From assembly GCA_002269645.1 (NCBI GenBank), contig NIVC01001154.1:124001-188000 (forward strand): a stretch of 64,000 bases of DNA, in the 5' to 3' direction. The notes under the pieces are model-generated. The model searched no databases. It worked only from the letters and a program-made list of their open reading frames with translations, and was not told where the DNA came from. The stretch comes from Macrostomum lignano. Lineage: Eukaryota. Positions 12,095-21,171 of the stretch are shown here, one piece after another; position 1 is the first letter of the stretch; each line of letters starts with the position of its first letter. The position numbers and the translations under genes were made by a program.

Positions 12095-13138
12095 ATGGAA
12101 GCTAATGACGTAGTAGAAGCACTGGCTGAAGGCATTAGAGACAGGCTAGACATTAGGAAACATATTAGGATCCAAAAGTACACGCCTAATCAGGATATAG
12201 ACGTATGGATTCAGGCTTTCGAGCAGAGGTGTATCGCAGATGAGATACCCCCAGCTGAATGGAAGAATGAGCTACTGTCTAACCTAGATGTTCAGTCAGC
12301 GTTCGCTATCGTGACAAGGCTAAACTTAGACCCTAATCTAGCATACGCAGACTTTAAGGATAGACTAATTGAGCGGTTCACGCATGTAGGTAGTGCTCAA
12401 GAAGCTAGGGAAGAGTTCCGTAGTAGGTTCCAGTGCAAAACTGAGAGCACTGATGACTACGCTGAAAAACTGACAGAGCTAGCATGCAGGGCGTTTCCCC
12501 ATCTAACTAACGATCAGAGACAGGAAGAGGTGGTGGAACAATTTATCAGAGGTGTTAGGGTTGCCCCAGAGACTAGGGAAAAGCTACTGCTAGCTCAGGT
12601 AAACTCGCTTCAAGAGACACGTCGAGTCTTGCGACGTATCGAAATGGCGTACGCCATGTCTCGCCGAGGTAGAGACCCGCAGCAGTGTAAGGCAACTGGA
12701 GGAGAAGAAGCTGAGAATGGCTTGAAGGAATTAGTCCGCAAACAGGGTGAGGCGCTAGAGACCCAGCAGAAGGTGCTTCAGGAGTTACTCCGACACCACC
12801 AGAGTGTTGAGCAAAAGGTCAAGCAGCAGCAGCCGTCAGGTCAGCAGCAGCAAGGCCAGAATCAGCAGAGGCGTCCCCCAGTGAAGTGCAACAGGTGTGG
12901 CAAGCTAGGTCACATAGCTAAGAATTGTAGACAGCCACATCCGCAGAACCAACTTAGGTACCCGGCTCAGCAGCAGATGCAGTATCAGCAGCCGCAGTAT
13001 CAGCAGCCGCAGTATCAGCAGCCGATGTACCCACAGCAGCAGATGCAGCCGCAGTACCCGCAGCCGCAATACCCTCAGCAGCAGAATTCGGGAAACGGAG
13101 TAGACGGAAGCGTCGGAGGCAACGCTTTCCAGCAGTAG
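12095..13138 (+). CDS. Element A Gag (capsid, CCHC zinc knuckle, Q/P/Y-rich tail), 347 aa
   Basis: Retrotransposon-gag-like helices (WIQAFEQRC...AREEFRSRFQ...ESTDDYAEKL...EQFIRG); CNRCGKLGHIAKNC = CX2CX4HX4C. Confidence 0.95.
   Translation: MEANDVVEALAEGIRDRLDIRKHIRIQKYTPNQDIDVWIQAFEQRCIADEIPPAEWKNELLSNLDVQSAFAIVTRLNLDPNLAYADFKDRLIERFTHVGSAQEAREEFRSRFQCKTESTDDYAEKLTELACRAFPHLTNDQRQEEVVEQFIRGVRVAPETREKLLLAQVNSLQETRRVLRRIEMAYAMSRRGRDPQQCKATGGEEAENGLKELVRKQGEALETQQKVLQELLRHHQSVEQKVKQQQPSGQQQQGQNQQRRPPVKCNRCGKLGHIAKNCRQPHPQNQLRYPAQQQMQYQQPQYQQPQYQQPMYPQQQMQPQYPQPQYPQQQNSGNGVDGSVGGNAFQQ
13090..13130 (+). promoter_or_regulatory. -1 programmed ribosomal frameshift signal of element A (G GGA AAC + downstream hairpin)
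   Basis: GGGAAAC at 13090-96 is correctly phased in gag (TCG GGA AAC); stem GGAAGCGT (13106-13)/ACGCTTTCC (13122-30); the -1 frame is open from here into the protease ORF. Confidence 0.8.
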
Positions 13139-13760
13139 ATCCCTCACAGTCTGTAGCCTCACAACCTGTAAATAGCAGCGATAGTTTTTCTGTAAATAGT
13201 GAATTGAATCCTTCAGTGTATAACAGTACGCATGCGCAATCATTTAATCAATCATTTAATCAGCCGAACATTTACTCTCAGCACTTTTCAAACGCACCAC
13301 AACAGCAACCTTATTCTAGCAAGCAGCAGCTAAAACAACCAAAATTAACTGAACAAACTAAAAAGCAAAGTTACGATCCGTACATCACTGGCAGCATTTT
13401 AAATAAGGAAATAGTTTATCTATTAGACACTGGCAGTAATAGAAATATCTTAGGACGCGAAACCTGGAAGCATCTTTTCACTGGCAAGAATAGGCATCTA
13501 ATTAAGCATTGGGACAATAGAATCGTTTCCTTTATGGAAGAGCCTATTCCAATTAAGGGTTTCGTAGTTATTAAGGCAACATTTGGCGATTTTGAAGAAG
13601 AAGTTGAATTTCTCTTATGTGACGCAGATGTAGACAATGTAATAGGTGTGACGTTTGTCCAAAAATATTGTAATACCATTGACTTCGATGCAGGAATGCT
13701 AACCATGAAACAAGGAACTAGAATTCCGCTTCGATCAACCAGAGCTAAGCCTCAGGTTAG
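13090..13760 (+). CDS. Element A Pol, 5' part (aspartic protease), cut by insertion of element B
   Basis: YLLDTGSNRNIL protease motif and ...DNVIGVTF flap region. The ORF-track tail after 13760 (VEYYISQ...) is read-through into B's LTR. Confidence 0.92.
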
Positions 13761-14812
13761 TGTAGAGTATTATATCTCCCAGAAAAGTTATTTAAAATTG
13801 TTAACGTACTACTTAAATAGTAGTAATTTGAGGAGCATGTATAAGGATATGCGCTGAACCATACATATATTCGAATTAACCAATAGAAAGAGAGAAATCT
13901 CGAGCATGCTAATTTTAGAAATCACCCAATCACGTGCGACCAACAACTGTCAATTCAAACCCCACCTTCAAGTCATCATTTGGTTTGCACTCGGGTTGCA
14001 CCCGGATGAACCAATCAAAGTCTACCAGCTACGGTAACCAATCATGCGCTTTTACAGTAGACTAGTTGCGCAACTTTCTACCCTGTCATGCTTGACAGCC
14101 ACCGAATCGTGACCCTTTGACATTTGCGAAGACAGTGATGTACGACCTCGAGAGAGGTCTGAACGCCTATAAATACAAGTGGTCCGGAACGGACCCGGAG
14201 CCAAGAAATCTCCAAGGGAGAGAAGCTCCGAAGAGGAAGCTCTAGTGAAGCCTTCCTGAAGAAACTCGCGTCGTGGACGAGTTCTTGCGGTAAGCCTTAC
14301 TCATTTGCGCCCGTTGGTTGAGACGTCTCGCTCAAGTCTATTGAGACTTGAGTTTATTTGAGTCTGTTGAGACTCTTGAGTCTGTTTAGACTCCACTGGT
14401 TGCAGTCTCCAGAAGGACTGCCCCTGATAGATCTTAGAAGACTATCAGTGGTTTCCGGAGCCATACCTAGAGTGCATAGAGGCACTACTAGAAGGAGTAG
14501 GCTTATATTAAACCGCAGATTGGCGCAGGGTACCCATTGTTGATTTGGAAGCTTCCCATTGGTCCGCACTACAGATACCGGCCGGAAACGACTTCAGTGG
14601 ACGTAAAGGAACGCGGACCTGGTTACGAACATAGACGTCTAACGAAGTTCGAGGTTCAAAGGAAGTCCGAGAATAACAGAACACGGAAGAGCTCTCAGAG
14701 ACAGGACTCAAGGTAATACATACCTTCATTTGATTACTGGGTTGCCTAGCTACAGAGCTAGAAGTGATTGTTCCTTGATTACAGCTGAGGACTGGTAATA
14801 AGGAACACATCA
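13761..14812 (+). repeat. 5' LTR of element B; several CCAAT boxes and TATAAATA at 14168
   Basis: Near-identical to 24544-25594. Confidence 0.97.
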
Positions 14813-14814
14813 AT

Positions 14815-14825
14815 TGGTGATCTCG
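14815..14825 (+). promoter_or_regulatory. Primer-binding site of element B (TGGTGATCTCG; primer tRNA uncertain, closest to a Trp-type TGGTGACCCCG)
   Basis: TGG-initiated sequence 2 nt (AT) after the LTR-terminal CA. Confidence 0.7.
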
Positions 14826-15508
14826 CCCTCTCGGCACTACTCAAACTTTTGAGCAATAGCCTGGCCAAGCTATTGTAAAGTGACGAAAGAGCGACTTCAT
14901 TAATTTTGCGCGCACGTGTTAGAGGTAACACTTTTCGACACTTTTCGATTTTTGTACGATTTGAAACTCGAGTAAAAGTTTAGATATACAGGCTTGAGTA
15001 CCTGTCAATTTTGAGTAACGTTTGAGCACGCGTGTTAAATTTTTGTTTTTAACGAGCTCGAGCAAGAGTAAACCTTAAACAAAACCGAAAACAACGTCCG
15101 GTACACTGAAAACAAACCGAAAAATAATCAATACACACTAAAACAAAACCGAAATTAAAAACACTTGACGAAAGCTAAAACAAACCGAAATTTGATAAAA
15201 CGTGACAAGGCACGTCACGAAGACAAGAAAGGCCTTTGAAAAAAGCAAGAAGCAGCTGCACTTCAAGCACTTTAAAGATACACTTTGCGGGACGCCGCAT
15301 AAGTGCGAAAATCAGCCAGCGAATAAGAGGTCAGAAAAAGCAGCCAAAAGCCGAATTCCGCTCAAGGTCAGACATAACAAATTGAGGTGTCAAAAGCGCC
15401 GCGAGACAATCAGTTACAACCGAAGTTTATTTCGAAAGAAACACCACACTGGAAGATCCATTACAAATCGACCCAGACCTAGAGCTACCGTTCTATCCCA
15501 TCAACAAC

Positions 15509-16591
15509 ATGGCGCGGCGCAATCCAACGGTGCACAGAGATATCAAAGAGACAGTTGGCACCTTTTCTATGGAAAAAGACTTTAACACCTTTGTTGATCA
15601 TTTTGACCTGGTATGTAGGGAATACAACCTACAAAATCCAGAAAAAGCGCAACTGTTGCCACCACTCCTCCAAGGCACTGCACGAGAGATTTATGGTAAA
15701 CTAGACGCGGCAACACAGCAAAACTACCCAGCATTAATCATTCAACTGCGCGCACACTTCAACCGCTGTGGCACAAACAGGTCAGTGCTACTGCACAAGT
15801 TGCATAACAGACGGATGCAGCCAACAGAATCCTTCCTGACCTTCGTGGACGATATACGTCAAATAATTAAGGCACTGCATCAGCCAACGCTGCCAGCTGC
15901 GGATCAGCCACCTCCAGGCGCAGCGGAGTTAGCCGCAAGAGAGCGACAACGATTGATGGACCGTGAACAAAACCTCATCCTGCACGTAATAAACAATGCA
16001 CAGCCGTCACTGCGGGATAGACTTTTGCGCGAGAACATTGAAACCGAGGAAGACCTTTTACGGTGCGGAATGCAGTGGGAAGCAAGCGCTCCACTAATGA
16101 CAACCGGCAACACAGAAGTGCAGAAACTGACACAGCAACTAAACAAACTGATGCAACATCAAACAGCCGTTATCGCCGAACAAAAAAGACGAAATGAACG
16201 AGCCCAAGCCAGATGCTATTACTGTGGACGAGAAGGACACTACCAAATACATTGTCCTCATCGGTCAACAAGAAATGATATGCCGCGACAGCCATTCAAC
16301 AGACGAAAGCCGCAAAAACCATGGCAACAGCATCAAAATTGGCAGCAGCAAAACACGAAACGCTTAGGAAACAATGGCTACAGACCGCGAAACGCCAGAT
16401 ACATGCCCAAGCAACCAACGCAAGCGATGCAACGATATGCAAACGCCATCACGTACACACCGGAAAGCGAACAGCAAGAGCAGCAAGTCTTCACGATAGA
16501 CGACTTGAAATGGACTTCACTATCAATGAAATCGACTGGCTCGATGCGGAGAGCAGCGAAAAGACAAAAAACATCAGCATGGTCGAAATGA
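15509..16591 (+). CDS. Element B Gag (capsid + CCHC knuckle)
   Basis: FNTFVDHFDLVC...LLQGTAREIY...LHNRRMQPTESFLTFVDDI capsid-like pattern; CYYCGREGHYQIHC = CX2CX4HX4C. Confidence 0.93.
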   Translation: MARRNPTVHRDIKETVGTFSMEKDFNTFVDHFDLVCREYNLQNPEKAQLLPPLLQGTAREIYGKLDAATQQNYPALIIQLRAHFNRCGTNRSVLLHKLHNRRMQPTESFLTFVDDIRQIIKALHQPTLPAADQPPPGAAELAARERQRLMDREQNLILHVINNAQPSLRDRLLRENIETEEDLLRCGMQWEASAPLMTTGNTEVQKLTQQLNKLMQHQTAVIAEQKRRNERAQARCYYCGREGHYQIHCPHRSTRNDMPRQPFNRRKPQKPWQQHQNWQQQNTKRLGNNGYRPRNARYMPKQPTQAMQRYANAITYTPESEQQEQQVFTIDDLKWTSLSMKSTGSMRRAAKRQKTSAWSK

Positions 16592-19500
16592 AAGAAACTA
16601 ACATTGACAGCGAAGAAGAAAAGGCAGAAGTGAGCACAGAAAAAACATTGCCAAGCGACATCAATGAAAGAAAAGAAGAAACAAACAAAGGCAACGACAA
16701 AGAACTGGCAACGAAGGATGACAACGAAAGAAGCAACGACGGAAATGCAGAAATGGAAGAAGAACAGCAAGAAGAAAGCAGCGATCACGATTATGAGATG
16801 CAGAATGACGCTGATGACAACCAAGCCGCCGACAAAGAACATGAAGACGGAAGGCACAAAGGAATGGAAGAAAGAAATCTAAGCTCCGACAGCGATCAAT
16901 GCTACGAGATCCGATATAAACGAAATGGTGAAGCCTACATTCAAACGGTCGACTACAAGGCCGAAGTAAGGTACCGCAGACAATGGAGTGACACAACTAC
17001 AACATCGGAAGAAAGCAAGGACGAAAATGATGAAGACGACAAGCAGCGGAACGAATCGGATGCCTTGCGCTCGGAAACGCCAATGGAACAAGAGGAAGAA
17101 TACGATGCGGACGCAGAAGATAACGAATGGCAGCCGCAGCCAATGCCAGCAAAGACAACGGCAACGTTCAGAAAATGGCGATTCTGGATATTCTGGATCA
17201 TCATAATACTACTGACGGCAGTAGTCACCAAAGCAACAGCAATGGAGAAACCAATGATATGTCCAACGGATGCGCATATCCAACCGATGATCTACAAGAT
17301 ACCAACCGACATCAAATGCAGCTACTTCAAGACAAATCAGACGAAGCCAAAGAAGATCACAATTGATCTCTACAAAGCTAACATCAAGAAGCATCGACAA
17401 CTCGGAATAGTGTGCTTTAGAGACAAGCACCTAGTGGAAAAAGTTTGGCGAGGACAATGGAACAGAATTCGATTTTGGCAACACGAACTACATGTGTCGC
17501 ACGCTGAATGTCTACAATGGAACCAAACACTGTTCTCAAAGGATGGTCAGCTAGAACCGGATGAGAAAGTGGGGGAGGCACAACTTTACCGAACGAAGAA
17601 CTCAGCAAACGGACGATATGTACACTTTTCGGAAGCATGGACTAACTACATGACACGAAACAGTTACCTAATCAGGAATATTCCATTCTACCACAATCCT
17701 TTTGAAAAAATGGAGTCGCTACAACTGCAATTAAGCGACTGCCGATACAGCAAAGGATGGTGTCCAACGCCGATACTGCGGAATGAGGAACTATACAGCT
17801 TACCGTTGAGTCCAACATATCATCAAGACTATCGATGGCAAATAATACGCAGAGGCGACTCACGATATGAAGAACCATCTAAGTCACGACAATACTTCTT
17901 CGCGTGGGAAGTTGAGCCGGAAATTGACTGCAAGCTTCAAAAGTATCACACAGTTGAAGGAGGTCTACTGTCAAACACGTTTTTGGCAAAGTCAGGAGAC
18001 TTGGCACTGACATTTCAAAAGAAACCAGTCGAGCAAAAACTGAAATGCAAGGATACAGACAAGACACTATTCATCTCGGAACAAGAGATACCAGTCTACG
18101 TAAAAGATGACGACAAACAAACCTTTCTGGCGATCATCAACGGAACGTATCAACAGCAGGAACAACAGAACAGACGACGACGTGACATCGAACGTCCCAA
18201 ACTGGTGTCAAACCGACTACTGTCAGCAAAGATAACGGCTTTGGATCACAATCTACACAACCAGTTAAACCACTTGCATCGAACACTGGTCCAGCTAACT
18301 TGCAAAATGCACGCAATCAACTTAAATTATGCCAGACAAAACTACTATGTCAACCCTACGATGACTTTTCGTAAAATCACCGGAATGACGAACGTTTTGG
18401 CAGTTCCAATATACGAGCATCTGTTGATATACAAGTGCACGCCGATACAGCACTTTAACATCTTGCCGTCGAACACGTCAACAACCTGCTACGACAAGCC
18501 AAGGATTGAAGCGTTCTACGAAGGAAAACGAATTCAGGGATTCTTGGACACGGTACACAACATCATCGTTGGCACCGCAATACCGAGACCTTGCACCACG
18601 GCAGCGAACTACTATCAACTGGACAATGCACTACACGTCATCAAAACAACTGGAACGACAGCAAACATCACAGAACCGGAAGTAATCGTCGACGAAAACT
18701 ACGACATGGAGGATTTGAAAATCCGATTCAACAGAACAAAGTATACGCCATTCGCCGATATCCAACTTGACGAAATAACACCAGGATGGACGATCAACGA
18801 CTTCTTGCAAGCGTTCATCACCCAACGCAAGATGATTCACCAGCTGTTCACAAGAAAGGACAAAGGAACCGGGACAGGAAGATTTCCCGTCCTTGTTTCA
18901 ATGGACAGCGCCATCAAATCATTTTGGACAAACAGCTTCTGGGAGCTGCTCAATGGAAGAGGCAGTCTCTATCAAGGATTCATCTTCTACGGTGCTTGCA
19001 TTGTGTGGATTGTCACGGCAATCTTCATCATTTCGTCAATCGTACGGTGCTTCAGTCAAACTTGTCCAAGAGCTAAGAAGACAGTGAATGCCATAATGCA
19101 AAGAACGACAACGGAAGGCGACAACAGTTTAGAACTAACAGAAACTGCACATCGTGAGGTTCAAGGGCAACCGACACTAGCAACGCGGCTATATCCATCG
19201 ATTCCGACAACACCAACGGCACCAAGAATACAACCACCTAACTATCAAGCAGAACAGCAAGACCCAAAATGGCCAGAAAACTACGTATGTACTCTACACG
19301 CCGAAATTGGCAAAGCAATGGCTCAAGTTATAATCAACAATCTACCATGTCGAGCGTTACTGGACTCCGGCAGCTCCATTACAGTTATATCAAAACAACT
19401 GTGCAACAAGCTACGACTTGCTCTACGGCCAGCAACAATCGCAGTTGCAGGAGCAGGAGGACATTCGCTAAACATTCTGGGAAAAGCCGACATTGATTTA

Positions 19501-21156
19501 AGAATCGCTAATAAACATTTGACAGTTCCAACGTACGTCATCGACAGACTCCCAAACCAGGACGTTATTGTTGGCATCGACACGTTCAAGCAGCTTCGAC
19601 TACCATTGACCTTCGACTTCAATAAGCAAACGTTCAAGATCGACTCGGTAGAACAACCATTGATCAACCAGATCCGAGTACTACCAAAAGTAACATTGCA
19701 ACAAGATGTCATCATCCAACCGGAGAGCGCCTGCTGGATAAAGGCAAAGGCAACTAACGCAACGGAGGAAGCAATGATATTCGACCCAAACAGAAGAGTC
19801 ACGGCTAAACACCAAATTATGATGCCTACGGCACTAGTACTGGTTGCAAAAGATAAACAGCTGCCAGTACAAATATTCAACCCGAACACAGAAACGGTTC
19901 ATCTACGACAAGGAATGTGCATCGGTCATCTCAACACCCAAGCATCGGTTATGCTGATTGAGCAAGCGACTCCACGACTAACAGAGGAAGAATTTCAAAA
20001 GAAGATCAATTTGGATGACAGCCCGATTACGGAACAGCAAAAGAGGAAAGTTCGACAGCTGTTGTGGAAGTACAACGACGCTTTCTGCCACCATGACTAC
20101 GACATCGGACGAGCCAAGGACATCAAACAGGAAATCAAACTTCTGCCGCACACGGAACCAATTCAGTGCAAACCGTACCCGATCGCCAAGCATCTGCAAC
20201 AGCACTTCGATGAGATTATCGACAAAATGCTGAAACACGGCATCATCAGCAAAGCCATTTCAGCATACTCATCACCATGTCTCTTGGTGCAAAAGAAGGA
20301 GACTAACGAAAGACGACTCGTATGTGACTTCAGACTACTGAACAAGTACATACCGACGGATCAGCAAAGCCTACCGAAGATCTCCGAACTACTAGCAAAG
20401 CTCAACACGGCAAAATTGTTCACAGTGTTCGATCTACGTCATGGATTTTGGCAAATTGAAATCGAGAAAGAGTCACGACAGTACACGGCTTTCAAAACCT
20501 ACAATGGACAAGTATACGAGTACAATCGATCGCCGATGGGACTCAGCAACAGCCCAGCAACGATGAGCCGACTAACAGCATACATGCTTGCAGGATGCAC
20601 GAACCTGTTGCACTATGTTGACGACATCTTGGCCTACGGAGAAGACTTCGAACGACTCTATGAAGCGACGGAGAAGGCCCTCGCGCTTATACAACGTCAA
20701 GGTCTGAAGCTACAACCAACTAAATGCAAATTCTTCCGAGACAACGTGCGTTACCTGGGACATCAGGTGACAGCCAAAGGAATTTCACCGGACCCAGACA
20801 ACGTGGATAAAGTGAAAAAGTTTCCTACGCCAACTAGCATAACGAAGGTCCAATCATTTCTTGGACTAGCGCAATACTTCCGAAAGTTCTTACCCAACTT
20901 CGCGAAGACAGCAAAGCCGCTGTACGACCTGCTCAAGTTCGACAAATGGAAGCAGGAGAATTGGACACAAAAGCAACAAGAAAGTTTTGACGAAATCAAA
21001 CGACAGCTGACATCAGACGCACTGCTACAGCATCCGGACTTCGACAAACCCTTCATCATCGAGACAGACGCCTCAGGAACGGGACTCGGAGCGTCCTACT
21101 ACAGGAAACTGAAGAAAAAAGGAACGACCTATAGCCTACGTCAGTCGAGCACTTAA
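16321..21156 (+). CDS. Element B Env-Pol polyprotein: acidic linker, signal peptide, class III-like glycoprotein ectodomain, TM, late-domain tail, protease, RT, start of RNase H
   Basis: Hydrophobic WRFWIFWIIIILLTAVVTKATA (from 17176); 12-Cys ectodomain with RRRR furin site (18172-83); TM GFIFYGACIVWIVTAIFIISSIV (from 18976); LLDSGS (D at 19363); YVDD (20614); IIETDASGTGLGA; all in one stop-free frame. Confidence 0.93.
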   Translation: MATASKLAAAKHETLRKQWLQTAKRQIHAQATNASDATICKRHHVHTGKRTARAASLHDRRLEMDFTINEIDWLDAESSEKTKNISMVEMKETNIDSEEEKAEVSTEKTLPSDINERKEETNKGNDKELATKDDNERSNDGNAEMEEEQQEESSDHDYEMQNDADDNQAADKEHEDGRHKGMEERNLSSDSDQCYEIRYKRNGEAYIQTVDYKAEVRYRRQWSDTTTTSEESKDENDEDDKQRNESDALRSETPMEQEEEYDADAEDNEWQPQPMPAKTTATFRKWRFWIFWIIIILLTAVVTKATAMEKPMICPTDAHIQPMIYKIPTDIKCSYFKTNQTKPKKITIDLYKANIKKHRQLGIVCFRDKHLVEKVWRGQWNRIRFWQHELHVSHAECLQWNQTLFSKDGQLEPDEKVGEAQLYRTKNSANGRYVHFSEAWTNYMTRNSYLIRNIPFYHNPFEKMESLQLQLSDCRYSKGWCPTPILRNEELYSLPLSPTYHQDYRWQIIRRGDSRYEEPSKSRQYFFAWEVEPEIDCKLQKYHTVEGGLLSNTFLAKSGDLALTFQKKPVEQKLKCKDTDKTLFISEQEIPVYVKDDDKQTFLAIINGTYQQQEQQNRRRRDIERPKLVSNRLLSAKITALDHNLHNQLNHLHRTLVQLTCKMHAINLNYARQNYYVNPTMTFRKITGMTNVLAVPIYEHLLIYKCTPIQHFNILPSNTSTTCYDKPRIEAFYEGKRIQGFLDTVHNIIVGTAIPRPCTTAANYYQLDNALHVIKTTGTTANITEPEVIVDENYDMEDLKIRFNRTKYTPFADIQLDEITPGWTINDFLQAFITQRKMIHQLFTRKDKGTGTGRFPVLVSMDSAIKSFWTNSFWELLNGRGSLYQGFIFYGACIVWIVTAIFIISSIVRCFSQTCPRAKKTVNAIMQRTTTEGDNSLELTETAHREVQGQPTLATRLYPSIPTTPTAPRIQPPNYQAEQQDPKWPENYVCTLHAEIGKAMAQVIINNLPCRALLDSGSSITVISKQLCNKLRLALRPATIAVAGAGGHSLNILGKADIDLRIANKHLTVPTYVIDRLPNQDVIVGIDTFKQLRLPLTFDFNKQTFKIDSVEQPLINQIRVLPKVTLQQDVIIQPESACWIKAKATNATEEAMIFDPNRRVTAKHQIMMPTALVLVAKDKQLPVQIFNPNTETVHLRQGMCIGHLNTQASVMLIEQATPRLTEEEFQKKINLDDSPITEQQKRKVRQLLWKYNDAFCHHDYDIGRAKDIKQEIKLLPHTEPIQCKPYPIAKHLQQHFDEIIDKMLKHGIISKAISAYSSPCLLVQKKETNERRLVCDFRLLNKYIPTDQQSLPKISELLAKLNTAKLFTVFDLRHGFWQIEIEKESRQYTAFKTYNGQVYEYNRSPMGLSNSPATMSRLTAYMLAGCTNLLHYVDDILAYGEDFERLYEATEKALALIQRQGLKLQPTKCKFFRDNVRYLGHQVTAKGISPDPDNVDKVKKFPTPTSITKVQSFLGLAQYFRKFLPNFAKTAKPLYDLLKFDKWKQENWTQKQQESFDEIKRQLTSDALLQHPDFDKPFIIETDASGTGLGASYYRKLKKKGTTYSLRQSST

Positions 21157-21171
21157 ACCGAATGAGACAAA

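Noticed and set aside
14354-14837. Short ORFs in LTR B (repeated at 25136-25595)
   Set aside because: LTR sequence; non-ATG or short, no motifs.
15202-15585. 127-aa basic ORF overlapping the gag start of B
   Set aside because: GTG start and composition explained by the A-rich leader; no domain. Cannot be fully excluded as an upstream ORF.
17242-19053. Env as a baculovirus-F-like errantivirus envelope
   Set aside because: No furin-site-adjacent hydrophobic fusion peptide near the N-terminus; the Cys pattern fits class III better.
19660-19960. dUTPase between protease and RT in B (and the same region in A)
   Set aside because: Beta-rich spacer resembling a dUTPase-like remnant, but no catalytic motifs are visible.
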